Assembly (NCBI GenBank): GCA_043766165.1
Contig: JAYUIJ010000011.1
Span: forward strand, 1-33,541
DNA from: Candidatus Kerfeldbacteria bacterium
GTDB lineage: Bacteria > Patescibacteriota > Patescibacteriia > SBBC01 > CAIJZX01
Direction of reading: 5' to 3'
Length of the DNA: 33,541 nucleotides
Shown here: piece by piece, positions 26,546 to 33,541 of the stretch
How the letters are laid out: each line of letters starts with the position of its first letter
How positions within the stretch are numbered: position 1 is the first letter of the stretch
Made by a program: the position numbers and the translations under genes
Notes under the pieces: generated by a model
The model's database searches: none
Seen by the model: only the letters and a program-made list of their open reading frames with translations
What the model was told of the DNA's origin: nothing

Positions 26546-27301
26546 CTACATCTTCGCCCGACGGTCGAGGTACTCGAACATCTCCTGGAAGTTGGCGTTA
26601 CGGGTGTACTTCGGCCCACCATCGACCAGCGGCTGAGCGTACATGACGATCCGCTCCATCTCGGCCGCGATGTGATCAGGCAACGTGCCCATCACATCTT
26701 CGGTCATGGCCGTACCACCCGCCATGACCGGCTTCGTCATGGGGTAGTTCCAGGCGATCGGCGGCGGCGGCGCGTTGTAGACGGCCGGGTAGTAGTCGAC
26801 TTCTGACATCAGGGCCACGATCTGCAAGAAACAGCGGAGCTGATGATGCGGCTGGGAAGCGATGGCCAGCTTGGTCCATCCCCTTTCCTTGGCCAGCAAC
26901 AGCAGGTTCCGCGATTCGGCGCCGGTGTGGGACGAAGGAGGCAGGATGATGATGCTCTTCTCCGAAACACCCCGCTTCACCAGAGTCTCCTGCCACGCTT
27001 CGAAGCCGTTGTAGGCCAGGTTCTTCGCCCGGCAGGCTTCCCGAGTCAGGCCGTTGAGAATCACGTAGTCGGCGTAGCGATCGTAGGGAACATCGAGCAT
27101 CTCGCCGCGAGGCATGTTACTGAATCCCGCCACATACTTCAGGATGACCTCGTCCCGGTGATCGTCACGGATGGGCGAGCCGTGAATGAAGACTGCGTTG
27201 ACCGATCTCGGCAGGGCATCAGACAGGACAGCCGTCGTCGCCATGAGCGTTTCCAGGGCAGTCGGTGTCCACTTCTGAACATCCTTTTCAGCAGTGTCCA
27301 T
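26546..27301 (-). CDS. YdcF/DUF218-like protein, 251 aa, compositionally foreign (high GC)
   Basis: 'IIILPPSSHTGAESRNLLLLAKERGWTKLAIASQPHHQLRCF' matches, from memory, the DUF218 core pattern (S-x-N/H-T-x-x-E ... VTS-x-x-H-x-x-R). GTGAGG lies 8 nt upstream of the ATG. A sampled line is 65% GC. Confidence 0.75.
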   Translation of the reverse strand: MDTAEKDVQKWTPTALETLMATTAVLSDALPRSVNAVFIHGSPIRDDHRDEVILKYVAGFSNMPRGEMLDVPYDRYADYVILNGLTREACRAKNLAYNGFEAWQETLVKRGVSEKSIIILPPSSHTGAESRNLLLLAKERGWTKLAIASQPHHQLRCFLQIVALMSEVDYYPAVYNAPPPPIAWNYPMTKPVMAGGTAMTEDVMGTLPDHIAAEMERIVMYAQPLVDGGPKYTRNANFQEMFEYLDRRAKM

Positions 27302-27380
27302 TTCTTAAACCTCACTGATTTGGGAAGGAACGAACTTCTCGGGAACGAAACAGCGTCACCGAAAACACAAGTGACCACGT

Positions 27381-27409
27381 AAAATAACATAGTTACATCT
27401 ATTTGTCAA
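27381..27409 (-). promoter_or_regulatory. Sigma70-type promoter for the high-GC DUF218-like gene (TTGACA-N17-TATTTT)
   Basis: On the minus strand, TTGACA at 27409..27404, a 17-nt spacer and TATTTT at 27386..27381. Confidence 0.5.
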
Positions 27410-27427
27410 GGCCAAAACCGACCTTAG

Positions 27428-27456
27428 ATGACGAAAAAAGCCAATTATGGTATCAT
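27428..27456 (+). promoter_or_regulatory. Candidate extended -10 promoter for the CDP-dideoxyhexose operon
   Basis: ATGACG at 27428..27433, 17-nt spacer, TG-n-TATCAT at 27448..27456. It sits back to back with the minus-strand promoter at 27381..27409. Confidence 0.45.
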
Positions 27457-27521
27457 TTGATCGTTATATTTGTATTGTTTCTTGTTATTTTTGCACAATT
27501 ATCCATCTGTCCGTCAACGAT

Positions 27522-28745
27522 ATGCCTACACCAGCCACCCCGAATATCCGCGTGCCATACGGTTTTTCCGTTCATGGACAAGAGGAAATAGATGCCGTGG
27601 TCGATATTCTCAAAGGTAACACTGCACTAGGCGATAAGACGAAGGAATTCGAAGGAAAAATTGCGGCCATGTTTGGCAAAAAGTATGGGGTAATGGTTAA
27701 CTCCGGTTCTTCGGCGAACTTGTTAGCTTTTGAAATATTGCAATTACCGGCCGGCAGCGAAGTTATAACCCCCCTGTTAACATTTGCCACGACGGTTGCG
27801 CCGATTGTTCAGAAAGGTTTGGTACCAGTATTCGTCGACATTGACCCGAATACATTCATCGTCAACCTCGACCAAGTCAAAGCATCCATTACTGATAAAA
27901 CGAAGGCCTTAATGATTCCGTCGTTGATGGGTAATATCCCGAACTTGGAAGCGCTGTGGAACTTAGCTGAAGAAAAGAAAATTTGGTTAATTGAAGATTC
28001 TTGCGACACCCTTGGTGGAACTTACGATGGAAAACCAACCGGCACATTTTCACACATTACGACCACCAGTTTTTATGGCTCGCATATCATCAACGGCGCG
28101 GGCGGCGGCGGCATTATCTGCGTTAATGACCCGGCCTGGGTTGATCGACTCGTCGTGCTTCGCGGTTGGGGCCGTCAGTCGTCATTGTTCGGCGAAAAAG
28201 CGAATTCAGAATTATTAGAAAATCGTTTTAAGACAGAGCTGGCTGGAATTCCTTATGATAATAAGTTTATTTTCAGTGAAATTGGCTATAACTTTCTACC
28301 GCTGGAAATTTCTTCAGCCTTCGCCTTGGAACAACTAAAAAAGTTCCCCGTGTTCGCTGAAGCGCGGAAGAAAAACTTTAAAAAACTGTTTGACTTCTTC
28401 CAGAAATACAAAAACTTCTTCGATCTGGCTGAACAAACACCAAAAACGGAAACAATATGGTTAGCATTTCCATTGATCATCAAAGCCGGCGCGCCGTTTA
28501 CACGTTTGGATATTGTTACCTTCTTGGAAAATAATAACGTCCAGACTCGGCCAGTATTCACTGGTAATGTCTTGAAACAACCAGGTTATACTCACATTCC
28601 ACACCGTTTAGCGCAGGATAGTTATCCAAATACTGAGCATATTATGCGGAACGCGTTCGTGGTCGCTTCGCATCATGGGTTGAAAGACGAACAAATGGAC
28701 TATCTCTGCCTGAAGTTCGATGAATTCTTAAGCCAGCACGCCTAA
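27522..28745 (+). CDS. PLP/PMP-dependent sugar 3-dehydratase of the RfbH/DdhC (E1) - ColD type
   Basis: DegT/DnrJ/EryC1 fold with 'SFYGSH': His (codon 28083..28085) replaces the Schiff-base Lys, the hallmark of E1/ColD dehydratases. ATG 27522 (MPTPATPNIRVPYG) is preferred over the listed 27447 start. Confidence 0.8.
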   Translation: MPTPATPNIRVPYGFSVHGQEEIDAVVDILKGNTALGDKTKEFEGKIAAMFGKKYGVMVNSGSSANLLAFEILQLPAGSEVITPLLTFATTVAPIVQKGLVPVFVDIDPNTFIVNLDQVKASITDKTKALMIPSLMGNIPNLEALWNLAEEKKIWLIEDSCDTLGGTYDGKPTGTFSHITTTSFYGSHIINGAGGGGIICVNDPAWVDRLVVLRGWGRQSSLFGEKANSELLENRFKTELAGIPYDNKFIFSEIGYNFLPLEISSAFALEQLKKFPVFAEARKKNFKKLFDFFQKYKNFFDLAEQTPKTETIWLAFPLIIKAGAPFTRLDIVTFLENNNVQTRPVFTGNVLKQPGYTHIPHRLAQDSYPNTEHIMRNAFVVASHHGLKDEQMDYLCLKFDEFLSQHA

Positions 28746-28749
28746 GCTT

Positions 28750-29526
28750 ATGAAGGTTATTATTCTGGCCGGCGGATTTGGAACTCGGTTAGGAAACATT
28801 ACCGAGTCCATTCCGAAACCGATGGTGCCGATTGGCGAACAGCCGATTATTTGGCATATTATGAAAATGTATTCACATTACGGATACAAAGACTTTGTGT
28901 TGAGCTTGGGATATAAGCAAGAAGTTGTCAAAGAATATTTTCACAACTACGATGTCCGAGCTAGCGACTTCACGATTAATCTTGGTTCAAAAAAAATTCG
29001 ACCACTTAACGCTCACGATGAACAGGATTGGAATGTGACTTTGGTTGATACCGGACTGCACGCGTTAAAAGGATCACGGGTTAAGAAGTTAGAGAAGTTT
29101 ATGGATGATGATTTGAACATGTTAACCTACGGTGACGGTGTAGCCGACATTGATATTGAGGATTTAGTGAAATTCCACAAATCTCACGGAAAAATTTTAA
29201 CTATTACCGGCGTACATCCACCATCACGTTTTGGTGAAATTATGGAAGAAAATGGCAAGTTAGTGAACTTCAAGGAAAAACCACAGTCCTCGGTGGGCTT
29301 AATAAACGGTGGCTTCTTCGTCTTTGATAAACGGTTATTCGATTACCTGTCAGAAGACGAGCTGTGCGATTTAGAATACGAGACGTTTGAAAAACTAGTC
29401 CCACTCGGCGAAGTTATGGTCTACAAGCACCTACATAATTGGGAATGTATTGATACTGAGCGCGACTTGAAGCATCTCAATACGCTGTGGGGCGAAAATC
29501 AAGCGTTTTGGAAGAAGTGGAAGTAG
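28750..29526 (+). CDS. rfbF: Glucose-1-phosphate cytidylyltransferase
   Basis: 'MKVIILAGGFGTRLGNITESIPKPMVPIGEQPIIWHIMK' is a typical RfbF/DdhA sequence; 258 aa. Confidence 0.9.
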   Translation: MKVIILAGGFGTRLGNITESIPKPMVPIGEQPIIWHIMKMYSHYGYKDFVLSLGYKQEVVKEYFHNYDVRASDFTINLGSKKIRPLNAHDEQDWNVTLVDTGLHALKGSRVKKLEKFMDDDLNMLTYGDGVADIDIEDLVKFHKSHGKILTITGVHPPSRFGEIMEENGKLVNFKEKPQSSVGLINGGFFVFDKRLFDYLSEDELCDLEYETFEKLVPLGEVMVYKHLHNWECIDTERDLKHLNTLWGENQAFWKKWK

Positions 29527-29533
29527 CGCCAAC

Positions 29534-30634
29534 ATGGATTCTACTTTCGGCGGCATCTACAAAGGTAAACGAGTTCTCCTAACGGGCCACACCGGTTTTA
29601 AAGGTTCGTGGCTGACTTTGTGGTTACAAGAGTTGGGCGCCGAAGTTATCGGGTATTCCATTGGCGTACCAACACACCCAAGTCACGCTGAATTGTTGAA
29701 CTTACAGATGGTAGAAGTGATTGGCGATATTTTAGATGAAGAAAAAATATTTACTTCGATCAAACAGTATCAACCAGACATAGTTTTTCATCTTGCCGCT
29801 CAAGCTATTGTTCGAACCTCCTACCGAGATCCAGTTCGTACATTTGCCACCAACGTCATGGGCACGGCCAACGTACTCGAAGCCTGCCGTAAAACGGAAG
29901 ATGTTAAAGCGATTGTTAATATTACGAGTGACAAATGTTATCAGAACCGTGAACTTCCACGCGGTTATACGGAAGAGGATCCGATGGGTGGCGACGATCC
30001 ATATAGTGCATCCAAAGGTGCAGCCGAAGTTATATCACAATCCTTCCGTAAATCGTTCTTCAACCTTGATGATTACGGACAGCGACATCATACCCTGTTA
30101 GCGAATGTTCGCGCAGGTAACGTCGTTGGTGGTGGCGACTGGGCCCAGGACCGATTGATTCCCGATATTATGCGAGCCGCTAGCCAAAGTCAAACTGTGA
30201 CGGTACGTAACCCGCAAGCAGTCCGGCCATGGCAACATGTTTTAGAACCGCTGAGTGGCTATCTGCATCTTGGTTGGCGGTTACTCGAAGGCAAAAAAGA
30301 ATTTGCCGATAACTGGAATTTTGGTCCGCTCGATGGAACATCGTTGTCGGTTGAGGAGGTGCTGAATATTGCCAAGCAACACTGGGATAAGATTACTCAT
30401 ACCGTCGAAGCGCCGGAAGCACACATGCGTGAAACGAGCATGTTGATGCTCGACTCAACTAAAGCCCGAAAGGATTTACACTGGCAAAGTATTTGGGATA
30501 CGACGAAGACGTTTGCCGAAACCATTGAATGGTACAAATCATTTTACACTAATAACAAAGTACTGAGCCTTGACGACTTACAAACATATGTTACCGACGC
30601 TAAGGCGGCGAAGGTGGAATGGGCCATCACATGA
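29534..30634 (+). CDS. rfbG: CDP-glucose 4,6-dehydratase
   Basis: 'KRVLLTGHTGFKGSWLTLWL', 'YSASKGAAE', 366 aa. Typical RfbG/DdhB. Confidence 0.9.
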   Translation: MDSTFGGIYKGKRVLLTGHTGFKGSWLTLWLQELGAEVIGYSIGVPTHPSHAELLNLQMVEVIGDILDEEKIFTSIKQYQPDIVFHLAAQAIVRTSYRDPVRTFATNVMGTANVLEACRKTEDVKAIVNITSDKCYQNRELPRGYTEEDPMGGDDPYSASKGAAEVISQSFRKSFFNLDDYGQRHHTLLANVRAGNVVGGGDWAQDRLIPDIMRAASQSQTVTVRNPQAVRPWQHVLEPLSGYLHLGWRLLEGKKEFADNWNFGPLDGTSLSVEEVLNIAKQHWDKITHTVEAPEAHMRETSMLMLDSTKARKDLHWQSIWDTTKTFAETIEWYKSFYTNNKVLSLDDLQTYVTDAKAAKVEWAIT

Positions 30635-31179
30635 ACTTTACTCCAACCAAACTTTCTGGAGTTTTCTTGATTGAAAATATTATCCGTGGTGACGAACGCG
30701 GTGACTTCATTAAAGTTTTCAACCATGACACATTCCTGAAAGCTGGTTTTGATTTAAAGCTGCAAGAAAGTTATTATTCGACCTCTAAAAAAGATGTCAT
30801 TCGTGGTATGCATTTCCAGTTACCGCCCATGGAGCACACGAAGCTTGTATATGTGACTCAGGGATCGATGACCGACGTGATTGTTGATATCCGAAAAGAC
30901 TCCCCGACGTTTGGTCAATATATTACCCTTGAATTGAATGATCAAAATCGCCACGCGGTCATTATCCCGCCTGGATTCGCGCATGGTTTTCATTCGCACG
31001 TTGACGGAACATCGGTTACCTATTTGCAAACAACGATGTACTCCCCTGACCATGATGCCGGAATCAAGTTTGATTCGTTCGGATATGATTGGAAAGTCGC
31101 CAAACCAATCATGTCGCAGCGCGACCAGATATTCCCGACATTAGTTGAGTTCGCTACACCGTTTACTTACCAGGCCTAA
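30631..31179 (+). CDS. RmlC-like cupin sugar-nucleotide epimerase (4-keto-6-deoxyhexose 3,5- or 5-epimerase family)
   Basis: 'KLSGVFLIE', 'RGMHFQ' and 'IPPGFAHGF' motifs of the dTDP-4-dehydrorhamnose 3,5-epimerase family. The ATG at 30631 forms an ATGA overlap with the rfbG stop. Confidence 0.8.
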   Translation: MNFTPTKLSGVFLIENIIRGDERGDFIKVFNHDTFLKAGFDLKLQESYYSTSKKDVIRGMHFQLPPMEHTKLVYVTQGSMTDVIVDIRKDSPTFGQYITLELNDQNRHAVIIPPGFAHGFHSHVDGTSVTYLQTTMYSPDHDAGIKFDSFGYDWKVAKPIMSQRDQIFPTLVEFATPFTYQA

Positions 31180-31183
31180 CCGC

Positions 31184-32077
31184 ATGAAATTACTCATTAC
31201 AGGTGCCAGCGGATTCATTGGTCAACACCTGACTTCTCGCCTACAGGATGAAGGTCACTCCGTGACCGCGATTGTCCGCCCAGCCACCGATGTTTCAGCC
31301 TTGAAGCAAAAAAATATTACCGTTTTTGAATATGCGGGTTCGGTTACTGCATTGACGGAATTCATGGCCGCCGAAAAATTCGATGGTGTTTTTCATTTAG
31401 CTTCATTGTTTTTAGCCCAGCATAAGCCAGAAGATATTGCCGGATTAGTAGAGAGCAACGTTACATTTTCCACCCAGGTTCTGGAAGCTGCTGTAACTAG
31501 CAAGACACCGTGGTTTATTAATACAGGTACATTCTGGCAACATTATCAGAACGCCACCTACTCTCCAATAAACTTGTATGCAGCCACCAAAGAGGCATTT
31601 ATCAATATTGCCCAGTACTACATTGAAACATCAAGTATCCATTTCACTACGCTGAAACTGAGCGATACCTTTGGCCCGAATGATCCGCGACCGAAAGTCA
31701 TGAACTTAATGGCCAAAATAGGTGCTTCCAAAGAACATTTGGATATGTCACCCGGCGAACAATTGATAGATATCAGTTATATCGATAACGTGATCGACGC
31801 GTTTGTCCAACTGATGACCTTGGTCAGTACCGACACCGAACGGAAAATGTCAGGTCATTCGTACGGCGTCAGTTCTGGCCATGCCCTATCCTTAAAAGAT
31901 TTGGCTAAGGTTTTTGAACAAGCTACCGGCATGACATTGGATATTGGTTGGGGCGGACGTGAGTACCGGCCGCGAGAAGTGATGATTCCCTGGGAAACAT
32001 ACGAACTCGTCCCCGGCTGGCTTCCCAAAGTTTCGCTCGAAGAAGGCATCAAGAAAACTTTTTCTAAAACAGACTAA
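31184..32077 (+). CDS. NAD(P)-dependent SDR sugar 4-ketoreductase/epimerase
   Basis: 'MKLLITGASGFIGQHL' Rossmann motif and 'YAATK' catalytic YxxxK. ATG 31184 lies 5 nt after the upstream stop. Confidence 0.8.
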   Translation: MKLLITGASGFIGQHLTSRLQDEGHSVTAIVRPATDVSALKQKNITVFEYAGSVTALTEFMAAEKFDGVFHLASLFLAQHKPEDIAGLVESNVTFSTQVLEAAVTSKTPWFINTGTFWQHYQNATYSPINLYAATKEAFINIAQYYIETSSIHFTTLKLSDTFGPNDPRPKVMNLMAKIGASKEHLDMSPGEQLIDISYIDNVIDAFVQLMTLVSTDTERKMSGHSYGVSSGHALSLKDLAKVFEQATGMTLDIGWGGREYRPREVMIPWETYELVPGWLPKVSLEEGIKKTFSKTD

Positions 32078-32079
32078 CT

Positions 32080-32814
32080 ATGGCCCGTCTGCAATTACCT
32101 AACGTCACCGCGGTCTCTGTCTCCGGCATCAGCACCGTCGGCGCCGTCAAATCATTGGAATTATCCATGCGCGGTATTGATTTTCATCAGGCCCTGGTAA
32201 TATCACACAAGCCACCGGAAACATCTAATCCGCGCATTACATTCAAACAATGTTTGCCTACAGATTTGCAATCACAAGACCGTACAAATACTGATGACTA
32301 CAGTAAATTTTTACTCTTCCGGTTAGCGGATTTTATCGAGACTGATTACGCTTTGATTGTACACAACGATGCGTATGTTATCCGTCCGCACCGTTGGACG
32401 AATGAGTTTCTGAAGTACGATTACATCGGCCCACCCTGGGCGCCAAACGTTCATTTCACTCCGAGTGGCAAAAATGTCCGGGTAGGAAACGGTGGATTTT
32501 CCTTGCGCAGTAAAAAAATGTTAAACGCCTTGAACGACCTCCATCTCCCCTTCACTGATGGAGGGACTGGTTTCTTTCATGAAGACGGCATACTTTGCGT
32601 GTATCATCGCGATGCGCTTGAAACGGCTGGCCTCAAATTTGCGCCAGTGGAATTGGCGTCGTTGTTTGGCTTAGAACAAGATTGTCCCGATTCCCATCCA
32701 ACACCGTTCGGATTTCACAATAACCGCAATGCGTTGCCGACTCTAGCTAGGTGGAAACAACATGTGATCGACTATAAACGATTACGCAAACAAATCCAAG
32801 CTCAAAAAAAGTAA
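32080..32814 (+). CDS. DUF5672-family protein (putative glycan-modifying enzyme)
   Basis: 'YDYIGPPW' and 'GNGGFSLRS' match, from memory, the hallmark motifs of DUF5672. Confidence 0.65.
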   Translation: MARLQLPNVTAVSVSGISTVGAVKSLELSMRGIDFHQALVISHKPPETSNPRITFKQCLPTDLQSQDRTNTDDYSKFLLFRLADFIETDYALIVHNDAYVIRPHRWTNEFLKYDYIGPPWAPNVHFTPSGKNVRVGNGGFSLRSKKMLNALNDLHLPFTDGGTGFFHEDGILCVYHRDALETAGLKFAPVELASLFGLEQDCPDSHPTPFGFHNNRNALPTLARWKQHVIDYKRLRKQIQAQKK

Positions 32815-32846
32815 TAGATACTTATTAACCGACTAACGCACCCGCT

Positions 32847-33539
32847 ATGATCCTCTTCGACAACAGCAAGTATAGCCGCTTACGACACAAATTTCCTGGC
32901 GCAGAAAAAATTGCTAAAAATTTCTCGCAGTCATACCAAGATATGTTCGCTTTAACGATGACCAACGGTAAACGGGGCGGCACGTACGTAGAGATTGGTG
33001 CCATGGACGGACAGTTCATTAGCAATACATATTTGTTAGAGAAAGAGTTTGATTGGAAAGGCATTTCGGTCGATATTGACGAAGCTACCAAGAAGTCATT
33101 TAAGAAAACGAAACGAAAAAATACCGTCATCATTCAAGACGCGCTGGCTATAGATTATCCGGCGGCGTTTGCCAAAGCAGGTTTTGGGACACAGATTGAC
33201 TATCTTCAACTTGACATCGAACCCCAAGCACAAACCTTTGAGTGTTTAAAGAAGTTACCGATGGACAAATACCGATTCAGTGTTATCACCTACGAAACTG
33301 ATTACTATGATCCAAGCGTAAGCCGCGAAGAATCATTAAAAAATCGTGATGCTTCACGCATGTTTTTACAGGATCTGGGATATGAATTGGTCGTTGGTAA
33401 CGTCTGCAATACAAGCACTGAAGATCCGTTTGAGGATTGGTATATTGATCCAAAAGTAGTGGATCCGAAAATTGTAGCCGCCTTGAAAGGATTACCTGAA
33501 TATAACAATACGGCTGAATCATTCATGCTGGGCGCATAA
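32847..33539 (+). CDS. FkbM-like class I SAM-dependent methyltransferase (putative)
   Basis: 'SQSYQDMF...GTYVEIGAMDGQFISNTYLLE...WKGISVDID' resembles the FkbM/Methyltransf_21 SAM-binding region. TAA at 33537..33539. Confidence 0.5.
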   Translation: MILFDNSKYSRLRHKFPGAEKIAKNFSQSYQDMFALTMTNGKRGGTYVEIGAMDGQFISNTYLLEKEFDWKGISVDIDEATKKSFKKTKRKNTVIIQDALAIDYPAAFAKAGFGTQIDYLQLDIEPQAQTFECLKKLPMDKYRFSVITYETDYYDPSVSREESLKNRDASRMFLQDLGYELVVGNVCNTSTEDPFEDWYIDPKVVDPKIVAALKGLPEYNNTAESFMLGA

Positions 33540-33541
33540 TT

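Noticed and set aside
26474-27382. ORFs 26474..26806 (+), 26676..26996 (-) and 26843..27382 (+) overlapping the DUF218-like gene
   Set aside because: These are the same GC-rich shadow-ORF artefact, with R/G/D/H-rich low-complexity translations. Only the 26546..27301 minus frame has family-like motifs, an RBS and a terminator.
27447-27521. N-terminal extension (MVSFDRYICIVSCYFCTIIHLSVND) of the 3-dehydrase ORF
   Set aside because: It is Cys/Ile-rich, not part of the DegT fold, and overlaps the predicted -10 element. Family-like sequence starts at ATG 27522.
1-33541. Alternative genetic code (UGA recoded, as in some CPR lineages)
   Set aside because: TGA works as a stop at several well-defined gene ends (for example 4363..4365, 30632..30634 and the ATGA overlaps), and the conserved proteins have normal lengths under the standard code.

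Overview
The backbone is a compact genome at about 40-45% GC. Nearly all genes lack Shine-Dalgarno motifs, and many are coupled by ATGA or TAATG overlaps. I suspect a Patescibacteria/CPR (Saccharibacteria-like) or similar small-genome bacterium, but that cannot be proven from this window. Recognisable backbone content falls into five blocks:
- mraY plus a small membrane protein.
- A type IV pilus assembly block (pilB-pilC-pilM-pilN-pilO) next to a GT-C glycosyltransferase.
- rpmA, followed by a minus-strand murA-S41 protease-rplI-pyrG operon.
- A PEGA protein and a five-gene minus-strand envelope operon built around a second GT-C enzyme.
- A roughly 13 kb co-directional surface-glycan locus: gmd, fcl, a Wzx-like flippase, Wzm/Wzt, a CDP-3,6-dideoxyhexose operon, a DUF5672 protein and an FkbM-like methyltransferase.

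Two single-gene cassettes at about 58-65% GC stand out from this backbone: 265..996 (+) and 26546..27301 (-). Each has its own TTGACAAAT-type promoter, a strong Shine-Dalgarno site and a hairpin terminator. The first encodes a 243-aa protein I cannot place in any family, flanked by unusually structured 5' and 3' UTRs. The second encodes a YdcF/DUF218-like protein inserted antisense into the glycan locus, next to a triplicated 18-20 nt repeat that can fold into a roughly 100-nt structured element. These cassettes and the repeat/RNA module are my best candidates for something new; their function is unknown.

Secondary observations:
- An E1 (RfbH)-type 3-dehydrase that lacks the Fe-S cysteines, with no E3 partner in the window.
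- A MurA with Asp in place of the active-site Cys.
- An unlisted 57-aa membrane ORF.
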